A stretch of 64,000 nucleotides of DNA from Vulcanimicrobiota bacterium (GTDB lineage: Bacteria > Vulcanimicrobiota > Vulcanimicrobiia > Vulcanimicrobiales > Vulcanimicrobiaceae). Location of the stretch: the NCBI GenBank assembly GCA_963704715.1, contig OY969933.1, positions 135,091 to 199,090 on the forward strand, written 5' to 3'. Positions 53,803-62,450 of the stretch are shown here, one piece after another; positions within the stretch are counted from its first letter, which is position 1; each line of letters starts with the position of its first letter. Both the position numbers and the translations under genes were made by a program. The notes under the pieces were generated by a model that was not told the DNA's origin, did not search any database, and worked only from the letters and a program-made list of their open reading frames with translations.

Positions 53803-55083
53803 TTACGGCCCGAAAGCGGCTTTGAAGAGATACGTGCTCTGCACGGGACTGCAGTCGACGCGTTTGGGCGAATAGGTCGATTTCTCGGCGGCGGTGAGCA
53901 CCGCACGGTCGACGTTCGCATCCCCGCTCGAGCGGTAGACGTGCGCAGCGGCGGCTTTCCCGCTCGTCGTGACGGTTACGGCAACGATCGCAGTGACTTG
54001 ATGCGAGGGCCACTGGCTTTTGGGGAGATCCGGCGGCACCGGATTGAGTGCTTTGGGTTCGGCGTTGGGTTGCGCGCAGGCCGTCGCAACCGTGGTCGAA
54101 ACGGCACCAGCAGCGAGCGCGCCGGCATGCGCCGGTGCGGGAAGAAGCGTTTGCAGAACGACGGTCATGGCGGCGAATAGCACGATGATCCCTCCGATGG
54201 CGATGTAGTTGAGCCGCAATTCGACGCGCGGCCGATTGGTCAGGAGCCGTTCGATCCGGGTGACGAGAGAGTGGCGCGACCCGAGCGCGCTCGGCGTCAG
54301 GAGCGGCACCGGCGCATTTGCGAACGTGCGGGCGAGCGCCGCAAGAGCAGACGCGTAATCGGTGGCTTCGCCCAGGCGCCGAATCGCCCAATCGTCGCAG
54401 GCCGCCTCCCGTTCGATCGCGAGGTTCCCAATGGCGTAGTGAACCCACGGATTCCAGAAGAGGAGCGCTCCTGCAATACGCGCGACCGCGTTGCTGGCAA
54501 CGTCTCCGCGCCGGACGTGCGCGAGTTCGTGCTCGATCGTGCATGCGCGGGCGATCGGATCCAACTCGTCGATCGTCGAGCTCGGGAGTACGATCGCAGG
54601 AACCACGATGCCGGTCGCGATCGGTATCGCGACGTGACGCGACGCGAGCACCCGCACGCCGTCGATTCGCCCGATTTCGACGGCGGTACGCCGAATAGCC
54701 GCAATGCGGAACCAACTAACGGCAAGACGAACGCATCCGAGGATTGCTCCGGCGCACCAGAGGGCCAGGAGCGTTCGCGCCAATGCTTCTCCGCCCGCAG
54801 CAGCCGGCCACGCGATCCAGCGCAAGACGTCGCCGGCGTAGGGCCCGACGGCAGCCAGCGAAAACTCGGGGCGCTCGGCGATGCGGCGCGCGGGCGCGTG
54901 CCAAAGCGTAACGTGAATGGTGGCGGTCACGATGGGAACGGCGACCAGGGCAACGAGCGCCGCAAACCATACGGCGTAACGCGTTTTTGCGTTCTCCACC
55001 GGCACGAAACGCAGCGTGAGCAGCGTCACACCGGTGACGAGCGCGCCTTGCCACAGCGCGTTGAGGAGCATCGTGACGATCAT
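53803..55083 (-). CDS. BlaR1-type M56 metallopeptidase signal transducer fused to a TonB-C-like domain
   Basis: TM helices, then 'HELAHVRRGD' (HExxH). The C-terminal about 90 aa, 'PPDLPKSQWPSHQVTAIVAVTVTTSGKAAAAHVYRSSGDANVDRAVLTAAEKSTYSP', resemble TonB C-terminal domains. 4-nt overlap with the BlaI-like gene. Confidence 0.7.
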   Translation of the reverse strand: MIVTMLLNALWQGALVTGVTLLTLRFVPVENAKTRYAVWFAALVALVAVPIVTATIHVTLWHAPARRIAERPEFSLAAVGPYAGDVLRWIAWPAAAGGEALARTLLALWCAGAILGCVRLAVSWFRIAAIRRTAVEIGRIDGVRVLASRHVAIPIATGIVVPAIVLPSSTIDELDPIARACTIEHELAHVRRGDVASNAVARIAGALLFWNPWVHYAIGNLAIEREAACDDWAIRRLGEATDYASALAALARTFANAPVPLLTPSALGSRHSLVTRIERLLTNRPRVELRLNYIAIGGIIVLFAAMTVVLQTLLPAPAHAGALAAGAVSTTVATACAQPNAEPKALNPVPPDLPKSQWPSHQVTAIVAVTVTTSGKAAAAHVYRSSGDANVDRAVLTAAEKSTYSPKRVDCSPVQSTYLFKAAFGP

Positions 55084-55466
55084 GGCGCCGCCTTTTTCTT
55101 ACGCGTGACGGCGCGCTGGATTTCCGCCAGATCGCTCGGCGTGAGTTGTGTGTCGTCGAGTAGCGATACCGCCAGTTGACCCGGTGAGTTGCCGAAGAAC
55201 CGGCGGAGCAGTTGACGTACGGCCGAATCGGCGGCTTGGGTTCGCGCGACGGCGGCCCTATAGACGAAGGCACGCCCCTCTTCGTCGTGAGCGACGTAGC
55301 CTTTTTGTTCCAGCGTCCGAAGCGTCGTGAGGACGGTGTTGTATGCCAGCGGCGGGCGGCCCACCGCAGCCGTGACGTCGGCGACGGTGGCTCGCCCCGA
55401 GCGCCACAGCACCTCCATCAGGCGCAGTTCGTGGTCGGTGAGAACCGGCGAGCGCTTACGCGGCAT
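55080..55466 (-). CDS. BlaI/MecI/CopY family winged-helix repressor
   Basis: 'LTDHELRLMEVLWRSGRATVADV...YNTVLTTLRTLEQKGYV'. ATG 55466 is preferred over the track TTG 55478, which lies inside the putative operator. Confidence 0.85.
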   Translation of the reverse strand: MPRKRSPVLTDHELRLMEVLWRSGRATVADVTAAVGRPPLAYNTVLTTLRTLEQKGYVAHDEEGRAFVYRAAVARTQAADSAVRQLLRRFFGNSPGQLAVSLLDDTQLTPSDLAEIQRAVTRKKKAAP

Positions 55467-55473
55467 GCGTACC

Positions 55474-55531
55474 GTCAACTAGTTTCATAGGAGACATGGT
55501 ACAGCGCCGGCGGCGGCCTGTCAACTAGTTT
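55474..55531. promoter_or_regulatory. two copies of GTCAACTAGTTT (palindromic core AACTAGTT), putative BlaI-type operators
   Basis: Exact 12-mers at 55474-55485 and 55520-55531, in the divergent region between the repressor gene and the phosphoesterase gene. Confidence 0.5.
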
Positions 55532-55606
55532 GCTAAGTCAAAATGCAAGGCAAGCGCCCGGCCGTTGAATCCAAGGAGTCGTATCCGCAAACGCAAAGCG
55601 GGCCGC

Positions 55607-56968
55607 ATGAGGTTCGCAATGCGTTACTACGCACGCATCGTCGCCGTGCTGATCTGTTGTCTCTTCGCTGGATGCGGTATGGGCGCGCTTTCGCCCGCGC
55701 CCGCGCTGCGTTCGCTCGCGTTGCACCCGAACGCATCCGGCAAAATCCAGCACGTTATTATCGTCGTACAAGAGAATCGGAGCTTCGACAATCTCTTTGC
55801 AGGCTACCCCGGCGCCGACACCGTGGATTACGGCTACACCAATACGCGCAAGAAGGTGAAGCTCGCGTCGATTACGCTGAAGACGACCTGGGATCTCGCG
55901 CACACGTCATTCGCATTTTTTCAGGCGTGCGACGGCCAGGGAAGCATCCCCGGCACCAAGTGCAAGATGGATGGCTTCAACCTGGAAGCGGTCAAGTGCG
56001 GCCATGCCTTCGAGCCGCCGTGCCCCACGAAATATCCTCAATACGGCTTCGTGCCGCACGCGGAGACGCAGCCGTATTTTGCCATGGCCGGACAGTACGT
56101 GCTCGGCGACCGGATGTTCGAATCGAATCTCGACGGCAGCAGCTTCGTATCGCACCAATACATCATCGCAGGACAAGCGAGTTCCTCGGTAAACTTTCCG
56201 GAGTCGACGTGGGGCTGCGATGGCGGACCGAGCGACAAGATCGATACGCTCTTGCAGTCCCGGCAGTTCGGCCCGGCGATCCAGGCATGTTTCGACAGCG
56301 AAACGCTCGGAGACGAACTCGACGCGAAGGGCATTTCGTGGGCGTACTATACCGCTGCGCTCAAGACCGGCGACGGGATCTGGAGCGCGTACCAGGCGAT
56401 CAGTCACATCCGGTACGGTCCGGATTGGAACAAGAACGTCATCAGCCCGCAGACGAAGTTTTTCGACGCCGTCAGCAACGGCACGCTGCCGGCGGTTTCG
56501 TGGGTGACGCCGACGTGCGCGAACTCCGACCATTCGGGCTGCGCGTCGAACACCGGCCCGGATTGGGTCGCGTCGCTGGTGAATGCCGTGGGGGAGAGCA
56601 AGTACTGGAACTCCAGCGCCATCTTCGTGTTTTGGGACGACTATGGCGGCTGGTACGATCACGTTGCGCCCGCGATGGTCGACTACGACGGGCTCGGCTT
56701 TCGCGTTCCGCTTCTCGTCATCTCGCCGTACGCAAAGAAAGGCTACGTCTCGCACGTGCAGTACGAGCACGGCAGCATTTTGCGCTTTGTCGAAGATCAG
56801 TTCGGGTTGCCGCGCCTCGCGGCTGCGGATCGCCGCGCCAAATCGCCCGCAGCTGACTGCTTCGACTTCTCGAAAGCACCTCGCAAGTTCACCGAGATCC
56901 CATCGGCGTTGAAGCAGTCGTACTTCATGCGCCAGGCGTTCGACCTGCGTATTCCCGACGCTGAATGA
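55607..56968 (+). CDS. phosphoesterase family (phospholipase C / acid phosphatase, PF04185-like) lipoprotein
   Basis: Lipobox 'CCLFAGC'. '[21 protein letters not shown]', '[12 protein letters not shown]' and '[15 protein letters not shown]'. ATG 55607 chosen. Confidence 0.75.
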   Translation: MRFAMRYYARIVAVLICCLFAGCGMGALSPAPALRSLALHPNASGKIQHVIIVVQENRSFDNLFAGYPGADTVDYGYTNTRKKVKLASITLKTTWDLAHTSFAFFQACDGQGSIPGTKCKMDGFNLEAVKCGHAFEPPCPTKYPQYGFVPHAETQPYFAMAGQYVLGDRMFESNLDGSSFVSHQYIIAGQASSSVNFPESTWGCDGGPSDKIDTLLQSRQFGPAIQACFDSETLGDELDAKGISWAYYTAALKTGDGIWSAYQAISHIRYGPDWNKNVISPQTKFFDAVSNGTLPAVSWVTPTCANSDHSGCASNTGPDWVASLVNAVGESKYWNSSAIFVFWDDYGGWYDHVAPAMVDYDGLGFRVPLLVISPYAKKGYVSHVQYEHGSILRFVEDQFGLPRLAAADRRAKSPAADCFDFSKAPRKFTEIPSALKQSYFMRQAFDLRIPDAE

Positions 56969-57061
56969 TGATTCGCTAACCTCCGTGAACGCAAAGGGCC
57001 CGGTGCGACCCGGGCTCTTTGCATGCACGTCCCCCATCCGTAGAGCGTCGGGCTTAGCGGC

Positions 57062-58270
57062 TTACAACGGCACTGCGTAGACCGTTCCGTAGCCGAGCTG
57101 CCCGGTGCTGCTGATCGAGGTGCCGTACAGCATGCCGTTTACGTCGATAACTCCACCATACGGTGCGGTTGGGCTGCCCGCCGGCGTGTCCGGGAAGACG
57201 TAGACGCTCGATTCCTGCCCCGCAGGTGTGATTGAGAACACGCCGCCGTATCCCGTCGCAGCTTCTGCCGCCGTCCCATAGAACGTTCCGCCGACGTTAA
57301 TCAAGCCGGCTTGGGGAGCGAAAAAGTCCCCGTTGGCGTCCACGAAACTATGAATGACCGTCTCTCTGCCGGCCTGCGTTACGCGGAAAACGGTTCCCTG
57401 ATTCGCCGTGCCGCCGCCGGGCGTCGTACCGTAAAGCTTACCGTCGTAACTCAGGAGATCGGACAACGGTCCTGCGCCATCGGGTGCGCCGCTAAAGGCA
57501 TGAAGAACGCTTTCCTGGCCGGACGGCGTCATTCTGAAAACGATTCCTTCGCCGCCGGATCCATAGCTTGCGGTCGTGCCGTAGAAGTTGCCTTTGAGGT
57601 ACACGAGTCCGGCGAGCGGGCCGCCGCCGTCCGAGGTTCCCCCCGCGAAACGATACAGCACCGTTTCGGGGTCGGCCGGCTTCCCGGCTAGGGCGATCTC
57701 GAACACCGTGCCAAAGCACGCTTGATCGTTCGCGCAACTGCGGGTGGTGCCGTAGAGTGCGCCGGCCCGATCGAGCAAATCGCCGTAGGGGTTGGCACCG
57801 TCGTTCGGGTTGTTTCCAAAACTGTACAGTACTTTCTCGGTGCCGGAGGCGGAAATCGAGAAGACGGTGCCGATACCGTTCGCGCCGCCGGTAGTGGTGG
57901 TGCCGTAGAGCTTTCCCTTCACCACGATCAAACTCGCATACGGAGATCCGCCATCTGCCGCGCCCGAAAAGCTGTGCAAGATATGTTCCGTTCCCCCGGC
58001 CGTGACCGAGAAGATCGTGCCCGCGTTGTCGGTTCCACCGTCCGGGGTGGTGCCATAGAAAGTGCCGTTCAGGTTGGCCAGCCCGGCATACGGCGTCTTG
58101 GCATCGGGCTGACCTTGGAACAGGTAGATGGTCGCGTCCGTTGGGCCGGAGTGCCGGCGCAGCGACGGCGCCCCAGACGTGTGGCCCGCCGGCAGGGTAC
58201 CCGTGCCCGTCGCGCACCCCGCAACCGACACGCACAGCAAGAGTAAGACCGCTTTTTTCATTCGTTGCAA
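57062..58270 (-). CDS. lipoprotein made of Gloeo_Verruco (GloVer) tandem repeats
   Basis: Lipobox 'CVSVAGC'. At least 7 repeats of the pattern (L/F)YGTT..GG....GT(V/I)F.....G.E.VL(H/Y)SF. Confidence 0.7.
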   Translation of the reverse strand: MQRMKKAVLLLLCVSVAGCATGTGTLPAGHTSGAPSLRRHSGPTDATIYLFQGQPDAKTPYAGLANLNGTFYGTTPDGGTDNAGTIFSVTAGGTEHILHSFSGAADGGSPYASLIVVKGKLYGTTTTGGANGIGTVFSISASGTEKVLYSFGNNPNDGANPYGDLLDRAGALYGTTRSCANDQACFGTVFEIALAGKPADPETVLYRFAGGTSDGGGPLAGLVYLKGNFYGTTASYGSGGEGIVFRMTPSGQESVLHAFSGAPDGAGPLSDLLSYDGKLYGTTPGGGTANQGTVFRVTQAGRETVIHSFVDANGDFFAPQAGLINVGGTFYGTAAEAATGYGGVFSITPAGQESSVYVFPDTPAGSPTAPYGGVIDVNGMLYGTSISSTGQLGYGTVYAVPL

Positions 58271-58416
58271 GAGCCTCCGAAAAGAGTGAGTGAGCCCTCG
58301 TGTTAGAATGCGCTCGGTGCTTTGCGGCGTATATGCGTGGAAACACCACTTTTGAACGCCGCGAAGGCGGGGCGGCCTTCAGCAGCGATTGAAGACTAGA
58401 GCCCGCTCTCCACTTC

Positions 58417-61182
58417 TTGCAGGGGCCTCACACGCCGTTGGATCTCACGCCGACAACCGCCGACGTTCGAGGCTCGCTCGTCACTCGCGAACGCGAGACG
58501 AAGCTGCTGGCCGACTATCGCCGGAAAGCCGCCGCCGGACACGGCAACGTCGTGTTGATCGGCGGCGAGGCGGGCATCGGCAAGAGCCGGTTGATGCGCC
58601 AGTTTCAAGCGGGAATTGAAGGCGGCCAAGCGATTTGGGCATTCGCTCGCTGCGTCGAATTCGTTCAAACGCCGCTCGGCACGCTTCGCGAATTATTGCA
58701 GAACCTGCGCCGCAGCGGCTCGATCTTTCGTGACCCGGCCGGGCGAGCGCTTGCCGAACGCTTGCGCTTCGAACGTGGCGCCGACGCATCGACCACCGAA
58801 CCTGCAGGGTGGCTCTTCGAATCCATCGACGCCGCTCTCGCTCGTTACGCTTCGCGCGGCACCGTCACGTTGCTGATCGAAGACTTGCATTGGGCGGACC
58901 GGTCCACGTTGGGATTTCTCATCTATCTGGCAGATCGCATTGCGGCCCGCCGCATGCTGGTTGTTGCGACCTATCGTGAAGAAGCCTCCGCCTCGCGTCT
59001 GGGAGACATCGCGGCGCTGCTCGGAAAAGAATGCGTATCAAACGTCGCACTCGCGCCGCTGAACGAGCGCGCTACTCGCACGTTGATCGAGCTCGCGCTT
59101 CCGCATCCCTACGCGCTCGACGCGCCGACGATCGCCGACATCGTGCGGCGCAGTCAAGGGAACCCCTTTTTTGCTGAAGAGCTCGTCAAGAATGCTCTCC
59201 AGCGCGGGCCGCGAGCAGAACTGCCGATTTCGATTCGAGGCGCGGTCCTGGGTCGCGCCGCGCTTCTTTCCGAAGAGCAGCGAAAGATTCTGGCATTGGC
59301 GGCCGTGCTCGGGGAGCGCTTCTCGGTCGAACGTCTCGTCACGCTCGCGAATGGTCGTCGCGAAGACGTGTTGCTCACGCTGGAGCGTGCGCGCGCGCTG
59401 CAGCTCGTTCAAGACCTGCAAGATGCGCCGGGCGAACTGACGTTTCGCCACGCGCTGACGCAAGAAATCCTGTACGGCGAACTCCTCGCCGAACGCGTCC
59501 GGCCACTTCACGAAGCGATCGGCCGCGAACTCGAACGGCGCCCCGACCGAGAAGCCGTAAGCATCGAACTCGCGCACCACTGGTGGCGCGCCGGCGATAT
59601 GCCGCGGGCCATCGAGTATGCCGAACTGGCGGGCGATCAGGCATTTGCGATCGGCGCGATGGCCGACGCAATCTCCTATTACGAGCGCGCGCTCTCCGAG
59701 CGGAAAGACGGCGGCGTTGGCGTCGCCGGTCTCGAACACAAGATCGGCGCTTCGTTTGGCGCGCTCGGCCGCCTGAGCGCCGGCATCGAGCGCCTACGCC
59801 GTGCCGGCGATTTCTACTGGGAGGCCGGCGATTTCGAAGGCTTCGCCAAGAATGCGTCCATGCTCGGAGCGCAATTGTATAACGCCGGCGAAACGGCCGC
59901 GGCCATCGGGCTCTGCCGAAAAACGCTCGATGCACTCGGTTCGAGGTTGCCCGCTGCGACGCTCGACATGCTACGGGCACGCATGAGCTACCACTGCGTT
60001 GCGGCCCTCGATTTCGACTCGGCTCTCGATCTGGTAAGCGAAATCGGCGAACCAATCGCCGATCCGTCGACCGCAGCGAACGTCTACCAAACGCGCTTTA
60101 AAATTGCGGCGATGCGTGGCGATTTCAACCGTTGGTCGGCCGATGCCGACCGCGCCCTCGATGCGGCTCGGCTGGTTATTGACGACGGCTACCGTCTTTA
60201 CCAAACGCACTGCCAGGTAGCGCTCGACGCGGTGGGTCTCGGCGACGTCGCCCGAGCGCGCTCGCATTTTAGCGCAGCCCTTTCCGCAGAGCGTTCGCGA
60301 TACTTCGCATTGGCGTCGGCTGCCTCCGCATTCGAGCACACGCTGCGCGGCGAGTTCGCAACCGCCGCAGCTCTTCTGGGGCGGTCGGGCATCGCGTCGG
60401 AGCAGAGCTACGCGGTTCTCGTCCACGTCAAAAGCGCGCAATTCGCACTGGGCATTTGTGCGGGTGACGACGCCCGTTTGCGGCGTGACGACGCCGAGTC
60501 GTTCCTTGGCTATGCCGTAGAGAACGGCATGAAGCTTGCAGTCGGTCTGCTCGGCGGCACCTATGCCTGGGCCCTCGGAGAACTCGGAGAGGTCGATGAA
60601 GCCGCCACCTGGATTGGGCGGCTTACGAAGGTCTTGCCCGGCGCGCATCGCTTTCTGTTCGCGTTGCTGGCTGCGGCACAATTCGGTGTTCGCAGCGACG
60701 TGCTTGCCATGCGCCGACTGCTTGTAGACGCGGCCTCACGTCCGCAAGACCGCGTTAACCGTGCCGCGCTCGGCCTTTTCGATGCGTTTGCAACGCAGCG
60801 CGGCGTTACGGAAAGCGAAGGCGATCCGCGTCAAGGAGCTCTCGACGCCGGCGCCGCGTTTGAATCGATTGGTTGGCCGTGGCTTGCCGCGCGCAGCTAC
60901 GAACTTGGAGAAAAGCCCAAGCGTGCGCTCGAGCTCTATCGCAGGATCGGTGCCTTGCGCGATTTGCGGCGTATCGAAGCCGGGCGCTCGGACGCAGCGG
61001 CCGTGCTCTCCTCGCGCGAACGAGAAGTCGGAGAACTCGTGTCGGCCGGCTTTTCAAACAACGAAGTGGCGCAAGCGCTCTTCATCAGCCCGCGAACCGT
61101 TGAAAAACATATCACATCGGCACTCGAGAAACTGAAGCTGCGCTCGCGGGTACAGCTCGGGAAGGTCCTAAGCGAGCGGTAA
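58417..61182 (+). CDS. large ATP-binding LuxR-family regulator (LAL/MalT-like)
   Basis: N-terminal Walker A 'GEAGIGKSRL', Walker B 'LLIEDLHWAD', a long helical/TPR-like middle, and the C-terminal HTH 'LSSREREVGELVSAGFSNNEVAQALFISPRTVEKHI'. Confidence 0.8.
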   Translation: MQGPHTPLDLTPTTADVRGSLVTRERETKLLADYRRKAAAGHGNVVLIGGEAGIGKSRLMRQFQAGIEGGQAIWAFARCVEFVQTPLGTLRELLQNLRRSGSIFRDPAGRALAERLRFERGADASTTEPAGWLFESIDAALARYASRGTVTLLIEDLHWADRSTLGFLIYLADRIAARRMLVVATYREEASASRLGDIAALLGKECVSNVALAPLNERATRTLIELALPHPYALDAPTIADIVRRSQGNPFFAEELVKNALQRGPRAELPISIRGAVLGRAALLSEEQRKILALAAVLGERFSVERLVTLANGRREDVLLTLERARALQLVQDLQDAPGELTFRHALTQEILYGELLAERVRPLHEAIGRELERRPDREAVSIELAHHWWRAGDMPRAIEYAELAGDQAFAIGAMADAISYYERALSERKDGGVGVAGLEHKIGASFGALGRLSAGIERLRRAGDFYWEAGDFEGFAKNASMLGAQLYNAGETAAAIGLCRKTLDALGSRLPAATLDMLRARMSYHCVAALDFDSALDLVSEIGEPIADPSTAANVYQTRFKIAAMRGDFNRWSADADRALDAARLVIDDGYRLYQTHCQVALDAVGLGDVARARSHFSAALSAERSRYFALASAASAFEHTLRGEFATAAALLGRSGIASEQSYAVLVHVKSAQFALGICAGDDARLRRDDAESFLGYAVENGMKLAVGLLGGTYAWALGELGEVDEAATWIGRLTKVLPGAHRFLFALLAAAQFGVRSDVLAMRRLLVDAASRPQDRVNRAALGLFDAFATQRGVTESEGDPRQGALDAGAAFESIGWPWLAARSYELGEKPKRALELYRRIGALRDLRRIEAGRSDAAAVLSSREREVGELVSAGFSNNEVAQALFISPRTVEKHITSALEKLKLRSRVQLGKVLSER

Positions 61183-61261
61183 CCTAGACGAACGCAACTC
61201 GCTGCTGCGAGGCGCTCGTGGTCGCCAACGGCGCCGCGATCGGAGGGGCGGCGAAACCCCG

Positions 61262-62248
61262 TTATTTAGCGTTTGGGTTCTCTTGGAGCAATTCTTGGAG
61301 ATCAATTCCTCGTTTTACTGGGAACAGCAAGCTCCACACCACTCGGAAGTTCGTCTGTGGTGTGTAGAGCGGCTTTTGGATGAACGTGTAATAGAACATG
61401 TTGATCTGCATCGTCTGGTCGCCGAGCTTAAACGTCTTGCCGCCGCCGCCCCCGATCGGGACGGACCATTTTTGATTTCCCGGAGCGCTGTAATTTACCG
61501 TGACAATCGGTGCCGTCGTTATTGCCCACCCCCCTTTTATATTGTAGTTTATAAACGGCTGGAACAGGCCCGAGTTTACGTTGGGCCGTGCGGGCTTGCC
61601 GGCGAACGACCAAAGCTGGGTAACGAGCATGCCCACGACCCACGGCCCAGGCAGCACCAATCCGACCAGCGCAGGGCCGGCGGACCACTTTCCGCTGCCG
61701 AGCGTGTCGGGCGAAGCGCTGGGGATTTGAAAGAGCGGCCCTGCGCCCCAGACGAGCGCGCCCGGCTTGGTTTTAGGCGCAAAGAAGAACTGTTGCTGAA
61801 TGTCACCTATACCCAACGTCGAGCCGCACCCATACTGTGAGGCGCAGACGGGGGGCGGCGCATTTGAAGGATTGTTGATGACCGGAATGATGCTGCGGGC
61901 TATCAGGGTTAGGTTCTTACTCAGCATGATTGGTACGACCGGCTGAAAGTTCATATTGAACTGATAGCGCGTATAGGGCCCGATCCCGTAGTTATTGTTA
62001 AATTGAAACGGCAGTATCGCAATGTTGCCGACCGGATTCTGGGATGCTTTAATGATCGATTGCTGCAATTCTGCTTGCTGTGTGGGCGTCAGCTTGCTGA
62101 GATCGAAGCCGCCTTGGGATGGCGACGCGGACGGCACGGCACTCGGCTGATCGACGGGCGTCTGGGTTTGCGCCAGTCCGGTCCGCGTAGAGCAGAGTGC
62201 CACAATCGCGAGGATGCCGACGATTCGCGCCGCAGTGTACTGTATCAC
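61262..62248 (-). CDS. putative outer-membrane beta-barrel protein (MetA-pathway/transporter-family-like, tentative)
   Basis: GTG 62248 chosen. Signal 'GILAIVALCSTRTGLAQT'. Alternating beta-strand pattern, aromatic girdle, C-terminal '...NFRVVWSLLFP'. Markedly AT-richer than the rest of the window. Confidence 0.5.
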   Translation of the reverse strand: MIQYTAARIVGILAIVALCSTRTGLAQTQTPVDQPSAVPSASPSQGGFDLSKLTPTQQAELQQSIIKASQNPVGNIAILPFQFNNNYGIGPYTRYQFNMNFQPVVPIMLSKNLTLIARSIIPVINNPSNAPPPVCASQYGCGSTLGIGDIQQQFFFAPKTKPGALVWGAGPLFQIPSASPDTLGSGKWSAGPALVGLVLPGPWVVGMLVTQLWSFAGKPARPNVNSGLFQPFINYNIKGGWAITTAPIVTVNYSAPGNQKWSVPIGGGGGKTFKLGDQTMQINMFYYTFIQKPLYTPQTNFRVVWSLLFPVKRGIDLQELLQENPNAK

Positions 62249-62359
62249 GGTGAGGGCACATCCTCTACACGGAAATAGTATCGAAAAATCCCTGATGAGC
62301 ACGTCACGGCGTGAATCGAAGAGCCGCGTCGCCCAGATGTTGCCTCGCGCATCAGGAAG

Positions 62360-62443
62360 TGGTAGGGAAGGTGGGATTCGAACCCACACGAGTTGCCTCG
62401 GCCGCTTTTGAGGCGGCTGCGTCTGCCGTTCCGCCACTTCCCC
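62360..62443 (-). tRNA. tRNA-Leu (anticodon CAA), CCA encoded
   Basis: Folded on the reverse complement: acceptor GGGGAAG/CTTCCCT (G1-U72), anticodon stem GCCGC/GCGGC with loop CTCAAAA, variable arm CGAG-GCAA-CTCG, T-arm GTGGG-TTCGAAT-CCCAC, then A-CCA. Confidence 0.85.
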
Positions 62444-62450
62444 AGAGGAG

